Virus record (IMG/VR): IMGVR_UViG_3300033153_003791
Location: 1-36,608 of that record
Reading direction: 5' to 3' (one strand)
Source: a virus
Taxonomy: Duplodnaviria; Caudoviricetes
DNA length: 36,608 nucleotides
The notes below the pieces were generated by a model. It was given only the letters and a program-made list of their open reading frames with translations. It did not search any database and was not told where the DNA came from. A program made the translations under genes and the position numbers. Positions 36,569 to 36,608 of the stretch are shown piece after piece (position 1 is the stretch's first letter; each line of letters starts with the position of its first letter).

Positions 36569-36608
36569 AATCAACCCTCCAAAACATCTTTATCTAAAAG
36601 CTTCATCA
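36495..36608. repeat. Terminal direct repeat, copy 2 (circular overlap)
   Basis: Exact match to 1-114, implying a 36,494-bp circular or circularly permuted genome. Confidence 0.97.

Larger units (their letters stand above)
1..36608. mobile_element. Complete tailed phage genome, podovirus morphotype (BPP-1/HTVC010P-like structural module), probable Campylobacterota host
   Basis: Terminase, portal, scaffold, capsid, tail adaptor/nozzle, ejection proteins, fibres and lysozyme are present with no tape measure gene. SSB resembles Campylobacterota SSB. Confidence 0.92.

Overview
Apparently complete, circularly assembled AT-rich podovirus genome of about 36.5 kb (bases 1-114 are repeated exactly at 36495-36608). 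The host is most likely a Campylobacterota bacterium, possibly Sulfurimonas-like, judged from the SSB sequence, AAGGA-type RBSs and TGn-extended -10 promoters. Layout: (1) a short leftward operon (pentapeptide-repeat protein, 2-TM protein, HTH, tiny Zn-finger ORFs) divergent from a Cro-like HTH; (2) recombination genes (Sak3, NinB-like, SSB, RusA, HNH) and two methyltransferase-like genes; (3) a replication module (DnaB N-domain, initiator with iterons, RecA-fold helicase); (4) accessory genes (PAPS-reductase-like, Tat-signal protein, YopX); (5) TerS/TerL, portal, scaffold, capsid, T7-like tail adaptor and nozzle, ejection proteins and fibres; (6) lysis genes with an Endo VII insertion. No integrase, polymerase or tRNA was recognised. 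Main discoveries: three accessory-operon promoters each carry an FNR/Crp-type box (TTGAT-N4-RTCAA) at exactly the class II (-41.5) position, suggesting a phage regulon wired to a host O2/NO sensor; a C4/CI-like switchable structured RNA lies ahead of the replication genes; and an endonuclease insertion appears to have swapped the endolysin C-terminus. All family assignments are from motif recognition by eye, not database searches.
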